Below, one piece after another: positions 50,530 through 60,903 of a stretch of DNA of 64,000 nucleotides. Source of the stretch: Coniocarpon cinnabarinum (lineage: Eukaryota); the NCBI GenBank assembly GCA_051942205.1, contig JAVECO010000127.1, positions 1 to 64,000 on the forward strand. Direction: 5' to 3'. Made by a program: the position numbers and the translations under genes. Each line of letters begins with the position of its first letter. Positions within the stretch are counted from its first letter, which is position 1. Below the pieces are notes generated by a model that did not search any database, was not told the DNA's origin, and saw only the letters and a program-made list of their open reading frames with translations.

Positions 50530-51491
50530 CAAGAGCACCGCTGATGCTCTGGCGATGGCTGCGGATCAGGCTAGCGCCTCAGAGGATTCTATGGACAAAA
50601 CGCTTTGATGAGCTCGGCAACGCTCGCAAGCTCGTGCTACAAAGCCATTATTACAGCATTGTCAAGTCGAACGCTTTCCTTTCCGTAACATCTTGCGAAC
50701 GACTTTAGACGAACCAAGACCTACGAGCTTTCCGTGTGAAACATTGCAATGACAACACAACCATATGTCGGCTCGAGTTAATCTGGTATCAGGAGTATTA
50801 CTCTTTGACGATCGAGTGCAGCACCTCGCGCACCAAATAAAGAAGATTAAACCTTAAAATGACGCCTGAGAAGACCATGCAGCCACGAGAGAAGCTCAAG
50901 GTTACCAGCTATGTCACTGTATCGTTCGTCGGGAATTTCAGAAATGGTGACTGGGACTTGAGAAGCTCGGGAAACGCCGATGAGGTCTAGATGACATGAG
51001 GAGCCTACGGTTCGCTAATATCCCTCACATAATCCAAGACGAATCGTAGTGACGAGCCTGTTCTGAGTCCTATCTTCCTTGAGACTGCACACTTCCACGC
51101 TCTCACATTGACTAAAGCGCCAACATCCACTGTCAGTCGACAGCAGTGCACGATTCAGCGATCTGACGCATTAAGCCTCGGCGCACGACTTTAAATTTCC
51201 CTACATCTAGCTCGGGATGGAGTTCAAAACTTTTTATTCCAGATAACAAGATAAGATCTCTGCGATACTTCGTGTAATCTACATCATGGAGCACTGCTTA
51301 GAAACAGCCTAATATCTATCTCCAATTCTAGTGGCACGAGTGCAATTGCTAGCCCTCTTAGGAGCCAGAGCCTCGGAGATTTCAAGCCTCAGAAAAATTG
51401 TGAAAAGGATAGGGTAATCGATCGGACAATGAAAAGGCATAGAAGATTTCAAGATTAAAGCCTTCAATGTTTGCGACTGGAGCTAGAGAGG

Positions 51492-51710
51492 TTGACTTGC
51501 GAGGTGAATTGCAGGTCACTTTCTCCAACGTGAAGCTTTTGGCGGACTGTTCGCGACCAAACAGCGTGGTCCATGGTGAGGTTATTACTAGTGAGGTTAA
51601 GGTTAACGGTTAGCTTATCGGCTTGGTAGCGCGCGCGCCACCGAGCCATAATCTAACCAGACCTAACCATTGACCACACTGCGACCAAATGGCTGTGTTC
51701 GGGGCCGGGC
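51492..51710 (+). pseudogene. 3' relic (copy C) of the small secreted 6-Cys protein gene, interrupted by a MITE
   Basis: ttctccaacgtgaagcttttggcggactgttcg...ggctgtgtt closely matches 49540-49590; similarity continues into downstream flanking DNA. Confidence 0.85.
51562..51681. mobile_element. 120-bp MITE, hAT-like (CAG...CTG termini, about 21-bp TIRs, 8-bp TSD CGACCAAA)
   Basis: Left end CAGCGTGGTCCATGGTGAGGT vs reverse complement of the right end CAGTGTGGTCAATGGTTAGGT; TSD at 51554-51561 and 51682-51689; single-copy empty site in the paralog near 49572. Confidence 0.88.
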
Positions 51711-52047
51711 GCGTCTTGCTGCTTCGGGAGGAAGGTGGGCTGCTACTGATAGCACCTACTTGATAACAGATTTTTAAAGGTTGTGAAAACGCGAGCGCAA
51801 CGACTCTCGCGACCGCGGAAGTGGCTAAAGTGATTCTATACGCTTCAAATAATTTCTCTTTGTAATCAGTGAACAGAAGGCTTAACGGTCGAACGCTTAG
51901 TTACAAAGGTACATCTGCAAGGCACTGACTCAGGTAATAGGCAGCAAAGGCAGAAGGCACATAACCAAAGGCGACAATTGTTTCGATCAATACAACGCTC
52001 GCTACCGTGCTCAATAACACTTTTCAAAAAGCCAACCTAAACACACC

Positions 52048-53901
52048 ATGGGAAGATGCATCCAGTACAGGCCTGGAGAGACTGCCAATCCATTTCTGAA
52101 GACACTGAAAACTTCTGGAAGAGGACCATCTGGTCGCGAATGGGGCACAAATGAGCTGCAGTGGCTTCAAATCGACTTCCATGAAGATTGCGCGCTTTTT
52201 GCCGACCAAGTAGGTGCAGTCAACCCCGCATTGACGTCTGAGACTTCTTTTGGCGTCGAACGCTCAATCTAAGATCATGCTTCACAGACTAGGGGCGATT
52301 GTAGATTAGCCGTGCTCTCTAGACGAATCTCTTGGCAGATTTAGTCGCGCTGAACTTGATCGCTTTGGTGATTCTGTCAAATACATCTTAACACTGACCA
52401 TGGAAATGTAGGGGGAAGCAGCTGAGTCCTGTTTGTTAGAGTCATCACACCGACTCTGTGAAACTTCAGCGCTTGCAAGGGAACTCGTATCCGCTCTTGG
52501 CGCCGCGAAGTCAAAGATTGAGGAGGACGATTCCTCAAACACTTTCTATGGGAGCATGTCGGCGCTGTTGAAACTGAGAGAAAAAGGTCTTAGGCCATCT
52601 GATATCGATTTCCGTCTTGACCTGAATTGACGAACGCATAGGAAGTAACGAAAGCAATAATGTGCCCAGTAGTAGCCCTCGACAAGAGGAAGCAAGTACT
52701 GTTGAAGACATGGATCGAGAGTCACAGGTCGAATCGTCTGCAATCCAAACATCACCATTTCCAAAGCCTGCTACTCACCCTCATGTTCGAGAGCAGAAGC
52801 AGGCTTTGCGTTCTTCGCCACCCGTGACGCCACCAATGGAAGATCGAGGCTTAGGCTTGACATTCCCCGTTGGTGATCTTCCTACCTGGAACGTCCTTGA
52901 TCAGATCAACTCAAAAACGACGGAGGAACCGGCAGAGGACGACAATTCCAGTGCCAATTGTTGGCTCGATGACATAGCCGATACTAGCGAATCGTCAAAT
53001 GAGAAACGAACAGAGGAACTTGAACTGCCGGCAACAGGCTTTGCACTTCCGAACGGGTCAAGCGTTGATACCGAGACAGCAAACGGCCCGGGCGAGAGTA
53101 CGTTTCCAGGGTGATGTTGAACTGAACCGGCCACTTTGCTCACTCACGTGCAATACAGAACACAAAAGAGCTATCTCGATACTGTCCTCATCTTCTGAAC
53201 AGTCAGTACTTCAGGCTAAACGTTCAAAAACTACGCAGGATAAATCAGAGGAAGAAGTTACTTGGAGCGCGAGGAACCTGCTGAGCGAGTTCGGCAACAT
53301 CTTCACAGACAATACCGAGCCTTGGCATGTCCGCGTCTTCAACAGGTCGCCAGGCGAGAAAACGGTTTCACCTTATGGAAGAAGCTGTGTGACCAAACCG
53401 GATCTCAAGTGGGGGTTGACCATAACGAGCACTACTGGCAAGGAAGCTCAAACCTTCATCTACTTTGAAATCAAACGTTTGACGCATCAAATGCAGCCCG
53501 AGAACATTCTGGGTCAAGAAGTGGCGTCCCTCCTCGCTGCGGCCAACAAACGCCACTTGCCCATCGACAACGGGGGAGGAGGGGATCAGCGAAGCAAGCG
53601 AAAGCCTTGGCAGAAGGACGATGATGTGTTGACATCATTTCTCGTATCGTGGCATCACCTCCAGGTATACATTTCTCGCCTGACAGTAAGACGCGAATTC
53701 TTGGAAGGAATTCAAAGTAGCTCTGCAGGTAACATTCAGCCTGGGTCCATCAAGATTAGCAGATCGAAACACTATGATCTGACTGATGCGGATCAGCGCA
53801 TTGCGTTCCTCGGTGCCCTTGTGTCAGTCTGCCTGATGGACTTGAGCAGACACAAGAGCTGCGAGGAGTTAGTGCGACACATCAAAACAGCTTTACGCTA
53901 A
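52048..53901 (+). CDS. Putative PD-(D/E)xK nuclease-fold protein, multi-exon; 5' half appears disrupted (possible pseudogene)
   Basis: Last exon has TKPDLKW...IYFEIKR...LGQEVASLL; probable intron 53098-53158; in-frame TAG near 52408 and a frame discontinuity near 52630. Confidence 0.55.
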
Positions 53902-54369
53902 TCCACAATGCTCCTGCGCTCGACCGTTCAGACACCCGGAGCCACAGATGCTTTACGCGAGACACGTCTAAAAGGGCATTTCTCCGGTCGCATCGGACTC
54001 GGTACACCAGAAGGTTGGAGACACAATATCATTGAGCTTTGTCGCGTAGTGCGCTTCACAACTCGATGCCAGTGACTGCTAGACTTGTGAAGTTACAGTC
54101 GGTAGCAGTTTAGCATTTTACGGCCGATAGGCTCAAAGTTGCCTCGCAACATGTAGTTTCTTGTCAGGTTCAACCCCCAAACACTACGTTTACCCTGCCC
54201 ATTGTCCATTGTGTAAGCCTTACTAGATCAGGCACTATGTGACGTGCAATGTTTGCCGCCGTAAGACTGTCCGAGCTAAATAACATGGAACATCTACGCG
54301 TCAACTTTACTCCGACTTCCTCAAACCTCGTCATTCCTCACGACCTGACAACCGTTGGGTGTGTTATCA

Positions 54370-55054
54370 ATGGCCAGTGGAAGATTGAGAGAGCAAGTGC
54401 GCTTCGTGGTCGACAGCGTACGAGATCGGCAGTACGACAACCTGCGTAGACTCCGATCTGCTGTCGACCTCTTTACGCAGCCGAGTGACGAGCATGATGA
54501 TATCAAAGAAGGTGTCTGGGAACTAGTCGCGGCAATTCCGCTGTTTGCGATTGGTGAGCTCAAGAGCGACCGAAGTGCTACCTATCATTTCCTTGTAAGT
54601 ATCAGGGCACAGCGAAGCGCAGCTATGTGCTAACGTGCTGGAGGACATACACGATTCGAATATGGAACATTGCAGTCTTCGGGTCCGGGCTGAACATACT
54701 ACAATTGCGTGGCGTGGAAAAGATCTGGGCTTCAAGTTCGATCTGGCGGGCTCTGACCGTGACCGCTACCGGTTTCTACTATGCTTACTCACAATCTGGA
54801 GTCAGCGTCAACAGATGAAAGCTCAGGCGAAGACAAAATTCACAGTTGCGAGAAGGGCTCTAGGTAATCCTGCAGATAATGGCAAACATGCGAAGAGCAT
54901 CGCTGCGCCCGCTCTTTACCCTCGCAAGGAGAGGCGTAAAACACGCCTAATTACAAAGACCTACAAGCACAGCCCACTTGCTGAGAATAGCATGAACGTT
55001 AGCGACGATGTGGAGATTGGCAGTCCCAGGCAAGAGCTTTCAGAGCTCGGCTGA
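54370..55054 (+). CDS. Unrecognised family X, copy 2 (apparently intact; intron about 54595-54643)
   Basis: MASGRLREQVRFVVDSVRDRQY...YHFL joined to DIHDSNMEHCSL...IWSQRQ; same intron position as copy 1. Confidence 0.7.
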
Positions 55055-55692
55055 ACACAATACAACTTGACAGCCGTGCCACCTGCAAGCCAACATGGCC
55101 GCTGAATCGAATTGTGCGTGACAATTGGACTCCGAATTCAATAAGCGCGTCGTCAACAAGAGAGCACAACTGTTCAGGTAAAGCACACTACGAGGTCAAC
55201 CCGTAGAGAGTGTCTGAAGAAAATCCGCCGCCTTGGACTGTACTACACTGTACATCACTATGCATACACAGTGCTGATACCACAAGACACATGGGGCAAG
55301 ATTCTCAAGTACCACATCGTATCGAGTTGGTGTCGTGTTGCAAGTCCCGCACGCTGTAAACAGAATGCCTCAGTAGTACTGAATGCATTCAAGCGTCATT
55401 CTCACATGAGGCTTTTTGCTCGCCTTTGACTCCTGGCAATCGCCATCATCCCGCTCAGAAATTATGTTCCATTGCAGAGCAAACACACAATGTCCCTCTC
55501 ATAGAGACGCACAATGTGATCTCGACCTTGCACAATGAAACACAAGGTCTATAAAGCCTTTGACCCCCACCACCGATCAGATCTTCAATCCACCAAGCAA
55601 CAATCTCAATTGCCACCCTCCATAGGGCCTTCAGATCCACTTTCAAAATACTCAAGTCAAATCTTACAGAACTACAACAAGCTACCAAAAAC

Positions 55693-55899
55693 ATGTGTGA
55701 GAGAACCACCTGCGACGCCCGCTTCTGCGACAAAACAGCAACCGACCGCTGCCTACGCTACGAGACCTCTAGCAAAACATGCAAGCAGCCGGAGCTTGTA
55801 CAGGCTTATTGGTACTGTCGCGACCATGAGCACCTTCGTGATCGACGACGCGGTTTGGTGATTGGAAGTGGACGATTTGTGGAGGACCCAAAACGGTAA
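55693..55899 (+). CDS. Putative Cys-rich micro-protein (MC...C-x11-C-x2-H)
   Basis: MCERTTCDARFCDKTATDRCLRYETSSKTCKQPELVQAYWYCRDH; pattern shared with the ORF at 57388. Confidence 0.45.
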   Translation: MCERTTCDARFCDKTATDRCLRYETSSKTCKQPELVQAYWYCRDHEHLRDRRRGLVIGSGRFVEDPKR

Positions 55900-57387
55900 G
55901 TCTGTGCACGGTGGTTGAGTAGGGGAGTTTGCACGAGGACGTGGATGACAGGTAAGTTCTTCTGTAGTACAATTGCAGTTGTTTGAGAATTTGTACCAAG
56001 AATATACGATGGCTTGTTCCAGGCTTCTTTGTCAGTTGTGCCAAGGTGCGAGTTGTTTCGATTGTATTTGTAGCTTGGCAGTTGTTGGAGCCTAACGCTC
56101 GATCATGTGGATTGCCTGTTGCGCATACACATTCGGTGAGTCTCTGACGAACATGCTGCTCATTAAGACCATGGAATTGGTCCAGGTGGTTACACTGCGG
56201 TTTTCCAACCACAACATCTGACACCATACTCTGGGAAAGTCGGACCTCGCACCGGTGTGATGGTGATGATGACGGACAACGTTGCCGCGCCTCGGTCACT
56301 GCCAGCTCTCCGTGAGTCTTCTACCCACTTTACCAACTTCCTGGGGTGCAATGTATGCTATTGAAGACCTGGATTGCTTGCCTGTCTTCCAATGCCTTCG
56401 TTCATCATGCAGAACCTGCTTCTCCAAAATTGCAGTGACAAGTTTGCATTCACCCGCCGCCTAGCTGCATAGGGAGCGTAATCTTAGGACGCATACGAGC
56501 GACTCAGCTTCCAAGTACGTCCAGCCCGAGCATGTACCCAAGGTGATCCACTCAAAAGGGTCTTTTAGGTTTCATGTATCCAGTCGAGCAATTCGCCAGT
56601 CGCAATTGATTATTTAAGATGTGTTTATATGTCCAATGCGGCTAACAAGTTCAGCCAGGCGTTCCATGTGCAAAGTTGGTGAGGATAGAAATGTGTGGTC
56701 GCATGAAGGCCGCAGTGGGCTGTACGGGCGCAAATTCTCTCATCAAGCCCGACGCCCGTTGCGAAGACCTTGACCCAAGCAAATCACCCATGAACCAGTC
56801 CGCTCCCGGTACGACAGCCATGAGCTTCCCTCGTGAAGCCGGACAAGTCTCATCAACAAAGAAGCCAGGAACGAGGAAGTGACAGTCGACACTGGCATCA
56901 TCAACGAGGAAAGCTGAAAGGAGGCGAACAGCAGCAGTGCGGGGGTGCGGATGAGTTCGATGGCTTGCGCAAGGCTTCGTGCTGGTCTGGTTGCCTACTA
57001 CCTATGTTTGCGACTGTGTGGCCGAACGATGAATAATGACCGTTTTGTTTGCATCTTATCATCCCAAACCGATTGCTTACACTGTTAATTGGTCATGGTG
57101 CGTGCTTGGACCTCTGCCTTGTACCATATACGTGTTTTATACCTTTATAAGTTTGCAAAGATGCGCTTACGATCTCCAACTCTCCATGATTTTTCTTACA
57201 ACTCCGCAGAATCTGACTATCATCTGTGCTGCAAGCCGCAATCTCTTAGGTATATCACTCACCGTTCAGATTTATGTAAGTTCTCCCACTCCTCCCCTGC
57301 TGTTATGATATGCGATATGCTGAGTTTATGCTGAAGTAGTTCTCACAACACGCTCACATTTAAAGCGTCCATTGAACAGGAGAAACA

Positions 57388-57606
57388 ATGTGTTGTGCCA
57401 TCTATTGCAATTTCCGGGACATCGACGGCAACGCCTGCAATAAGCGTATCTCGCTGCGCAAGTGCTCTTGGCGTTCATGCTCACGTAGAAACATGAAGCG
57501 TAAGCAGATGTACTGCAAGAAACATGATCCATCTGTAAGCAATACTTCAAGGACCTGTGTGAGTATGAGACAAGCTGACACTTGCCTGGTGATAGCGACA
57601 GCTTAG
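57388..57606 (+). CDS. Putative Cys-rich micro-protein (MC...C-x11-C-x2-H); true 3' end probably spliced
   Basis: MCCAIYCNFRDIDGNACNKRISLRKCSWRSCSRRNMKRKQMYCKKH followed by a GTAAGC donor-like site. Confidence 0.45.
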   Translation: MCCAIYCNFRDIDGNACNKRISLRKCSWRSCSRRNMKRKQMYCKKHDPSVSNTSRTCVSMRQADTCLVIATA

Positions 57607-57632
57607 AACGGTAGCGAGACCGAGAAAGTGAT

Positions 57633-57938
57633 GTGCATGGGTCTCTGACATCGGTGGGAGCGGAACAAGGAATCGTGCAGCTTTTACTCGATCGAGGTGC
57701 CAATCCCATAGTGCACCTCGCCATAGAGCGTCATGAAAGAAGTTTACTACAGAAGCTGATCAACATGGGTGCTGATCTCAACGAGAGAGATCCGGACTAC
57801 CATAGTGCGCTTATACGCGCAGTCTTTAAAAGAGACATCTTTATTGTACGGGTTCTGGCCGATGCTGGCGCGAAAGTTAACGTTTATGGACCTATTGGGG
57901 GCGACGACATCTTGCTATGGGTCAATGTCGCTCAATAA
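57633..57938 (+). pseudogene. Ankyrin-repeat fragment
   Basis: IVQLLLDRGANP, LINMGADLN and ALIRAV...IVRVLADAGAKVN ankyrin consensus; no ATG start in the frame. Confidence 0.65.
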
Positions 57939-58657
57939 TTAACCTTCATGAAGCGTTATTGGACCGCTAGAATGGTTGGCTATGCGAAGGAATCGAAAGA
58001 AGGGTTACTCGGTCAATGAGACTCCCAAATTCGATTGTGACACGTAACAACGTGCATACAATGAGAATGAGGCTGCACATTTACATCAGCAGATTTTCTG
58101 CATTTCACTTGGGTACTGTGGATGATGGTTAGGTCATGTTCCGAACATGTTCAGGTAACGCCGATATGCATACACGCAGGGGAGATGGGCAAATAGGAAA
58201 ACTTGTATTTGTTGTGAATAAAGCCGAAGCTACATTCAAGACTAAGCCTGATTGTCCTGTAATTTGGTCAGTCGAGCCACGTAGAGGCGACAGCGCATAG
58301 GCAATAAAGCACACAGTGAATCCACTCGCACGTGATTTGATTCGGCAGGGTAATACAAACCTTCTGAATATTCGCCATTCATAACAGATAACGATGACCT
58401 TCTCGGAGGGCTCTGTAAATTGTTGTTTCCCCTTTCATGGATCTAGCTACGCAAATCAATGACTAAATCGACAAAAAAAAACGTTAGCCTGGGACTGGGC
58501 CAGTAATGATCAGACCTGTGACCGCATTGTCGCATGGGATAAATGTCTCCGGGACCTAAAGTCTTCGCTTCGGACCTTACATTCCGTAGTCTGACTTGCA
58601 CTACCATTATAGCTACGTGACCAATAGCAGGAACTCCGTAGCAGTCAAACACAAGGT

Positions 58658-59404
58658 ATGACCGTTGTTTCTGCTGGCTTCCCACGCATCCAACACGATA
58701 CCCCATCCACAATAGTCAAGCACGGGCAGTCTTTCCGTCTTCAACGAGAAATCGACGCTATGGCTTTCGTGCGTTCGCATATTCCGGCAATTCCGCTGCC
58801 CATGGTGCTGGAATCTCACATACCTGATGACACCAATGACGTGGGCTGGTTCCGAATGGAAAAGCTACCAGGTGTACCGCTAGCTAAGTCCGTATGGGAG
58901 AACTTGGGCCCTGATGCGCGCGTCAGAATGCTGCAAGAGCTGAAAGAGTATCTTGGACAGCTAAAGCTCTTGCCACAAGTTGATCCGGGCTGGATTGGGA
59001 GTTGGAATAGGAAGCCTGCATACGATCATCGGCTTGACAATCGCGCAGCGAATGGCCCCTTCGCGTCGGTCAGAGACTTTCACGACGCGCTTGCAGCGCC
59101 TGCTTATAGTATTGATGCTGCAGAAGAAGTGACGGAGCAGCGCGAGTAGCTATCAGATGAGCACAGTATCACTTACGCGCATGCGGATCTGTCTTGGGAG
59201 CATGTGCTGCTGGAGCCACAAACAGGACGTGTGACGGGCATACTCGACTGGGAGATGACTGGATTCTGGCCTGCTTGGTGGGAGTACCGAAAGGCACTCT
59301 ACGAGAGTCGAAGCCAAATGTGGTGGGCCGACATTGTACGAAAAATTCTACCAGTCTATGAGAAGGAGCGCATTGCAGATGAATATCTTGCAGAGTTTGG
59401 GTAG
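58658..59404 (+). pseudogene. APH/choline-kinase-like phosphotransferase with a single in-frame TAG at 59147-59149
   Basis: VKHG..REIDAMAFVR..IPLPMV, MEKLPG, GPF..DFH, then in the same frame after the stop YAHADLSWEHVLL...GILDWEMTGFWPAWWEY. Confidence 0.8.
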
Positions 59405-59521
59405 CTGCCGCGGTCGTGAGATCAGGTACGTCCATCAGTGGAGACAATGATCTGCCGGGGTCAGACATGTCCTGCACAAAGCGTGACCTGCTTGCTGCAT
59501 CGCGATACACTGAAGGATAAT

Positions 59522-60094
59522 CTATGTTCGTTTCCAGTGCTCATCCACCACTTTCTCGATGGCCTCTGTAGACAAACCGTCCCACAACTCCACACCATCT
59601 ACGTTTTTCAACGGCTTCAGACAACTTGCAGCCCAATCCTGACAGTTCCATTTGGAATGCTCATCCTGGACAATTTTGACATTGGTTAAAGCCTTATGTA
59701 TCCTATCACTCGTCTCGCCGCCTGCCCTGACTTCGCCGATAGACAGCATAATCTTTTCTGTGCCAGACTTTAGAAGGTCCATGTCTTCCTCTCTGCCATC
59801 ATAATGGAAAGCACCCGGACTCCCTCGCAACTGGAAGATCACCCCCTTCTCATTCGACCAGCGAAGATCTTGAGCAATGAGGAATGCCCAGTGATCGGGT
59901 CTTCTCTGGCCTTGGTAATGGCCGCGATCATACGCAACTAGGAGCAGTGGATGTTCCCAATTAAGGAGAGTTCGTACTTTTTCACGGGTGGGATGTGAGT
60001 CAAGGATCTCCAAGGGTGCGCGTCCTGGGTCATGCCGATGGAAAAGGTGAAGGACTCCTTTTTGGTAGCCACCTGTCATGATGAGAGGGGACAC
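59522..60094 (-). CDS. Uncharacterised protein with H...NCQDW motif (permuted papain-like fold, DUF6540-like)
   Basis: PDHWAFLI...GVIFQLRGSPG...KWNCQDWAASCL; the start codon is uncertain (ATG near 60079). Confidence 0.55.
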   Translation of the reverse strand: MSPLIMTGGYQKGVLHLFHRHDPGRAPLEILDSHPTREKVRTLLNWEHPLLLVAYDRGHYQGQRRPDHWAFLIAQDLRWSNEKGVIFQLRGSPGAFHYDGREEDMDLLKSGTEKIMLSIGEVRAGGETSDRIHKALTNVKIVQDEHSKWNCQDWAASCLKPLKNVDGVELWDGLSTEAIEKVVDEHWKRT

Positions 60095-60903
60095 CGATGC
60101 TGAACTCGATAAATGATCAAGGTGCGTATGGGTAGTAGGCTAGTTGATCAAGCAGTGTATTGTATAATCTTGCATGGTAAGTGGAAACGGTTGACTATCT
60201 ATGGCGAAAATGCATGGCACACATGGAATGCCCATGTGCCACAGACGTTGCCACCATACTTCCTGTCATTCGTACAGTGTGAGTCCACAAATAACACAGA
60301 TTAAGGCAATGACGAGATGTGGCAAGTTGTTCTCATCAGTCTCAACGAAGGATCAGTAGAAGTGACAAATTGCCTCCACCAACGAAAGCGCATTTGGTGG
60401 ACGAATCGGAAGATGGACAGAACCGGCTCGTCGAAATTACCATCAATGGTGCATCAACAGGAGGCCAAAAGGTCCATATCATTGGTAGCCGCTACGTTGC
60501 ATCAGAACAAATGAAAGCCATGATGCGAAGTGGAAAGGAGTCTAGAGCTGAAACGCCTGCAGAAACTGTGGCCTTGTGACAGCGCAAAGCTTCTCGCAAT
60601 AACTTCCCAAATTCCTGTTGCGGCGCATGTCGAATCCGCTAAGTCCAGGATTTGATCTTGTCATAGGCAACAGCTCACGTATGAGTCTTGATCCGTTCAA
60701 TTACCCACCAAAACAATTGGTACTCATATCGAGGCTGAGGGGTGACTCCGACATTGTTCTATTCCAATAGACAGACGCCAGAGATCTTCACGACGTACGC
60801 ATTCAAAATTCTGCAAGTAGTCGCACGTGATCTTCCACACCTCATAAGTGCCTTAAATTCAACCACCAGTGGTTTCTTCTAACCCAGTGACATACCTTCT
60901 ATA

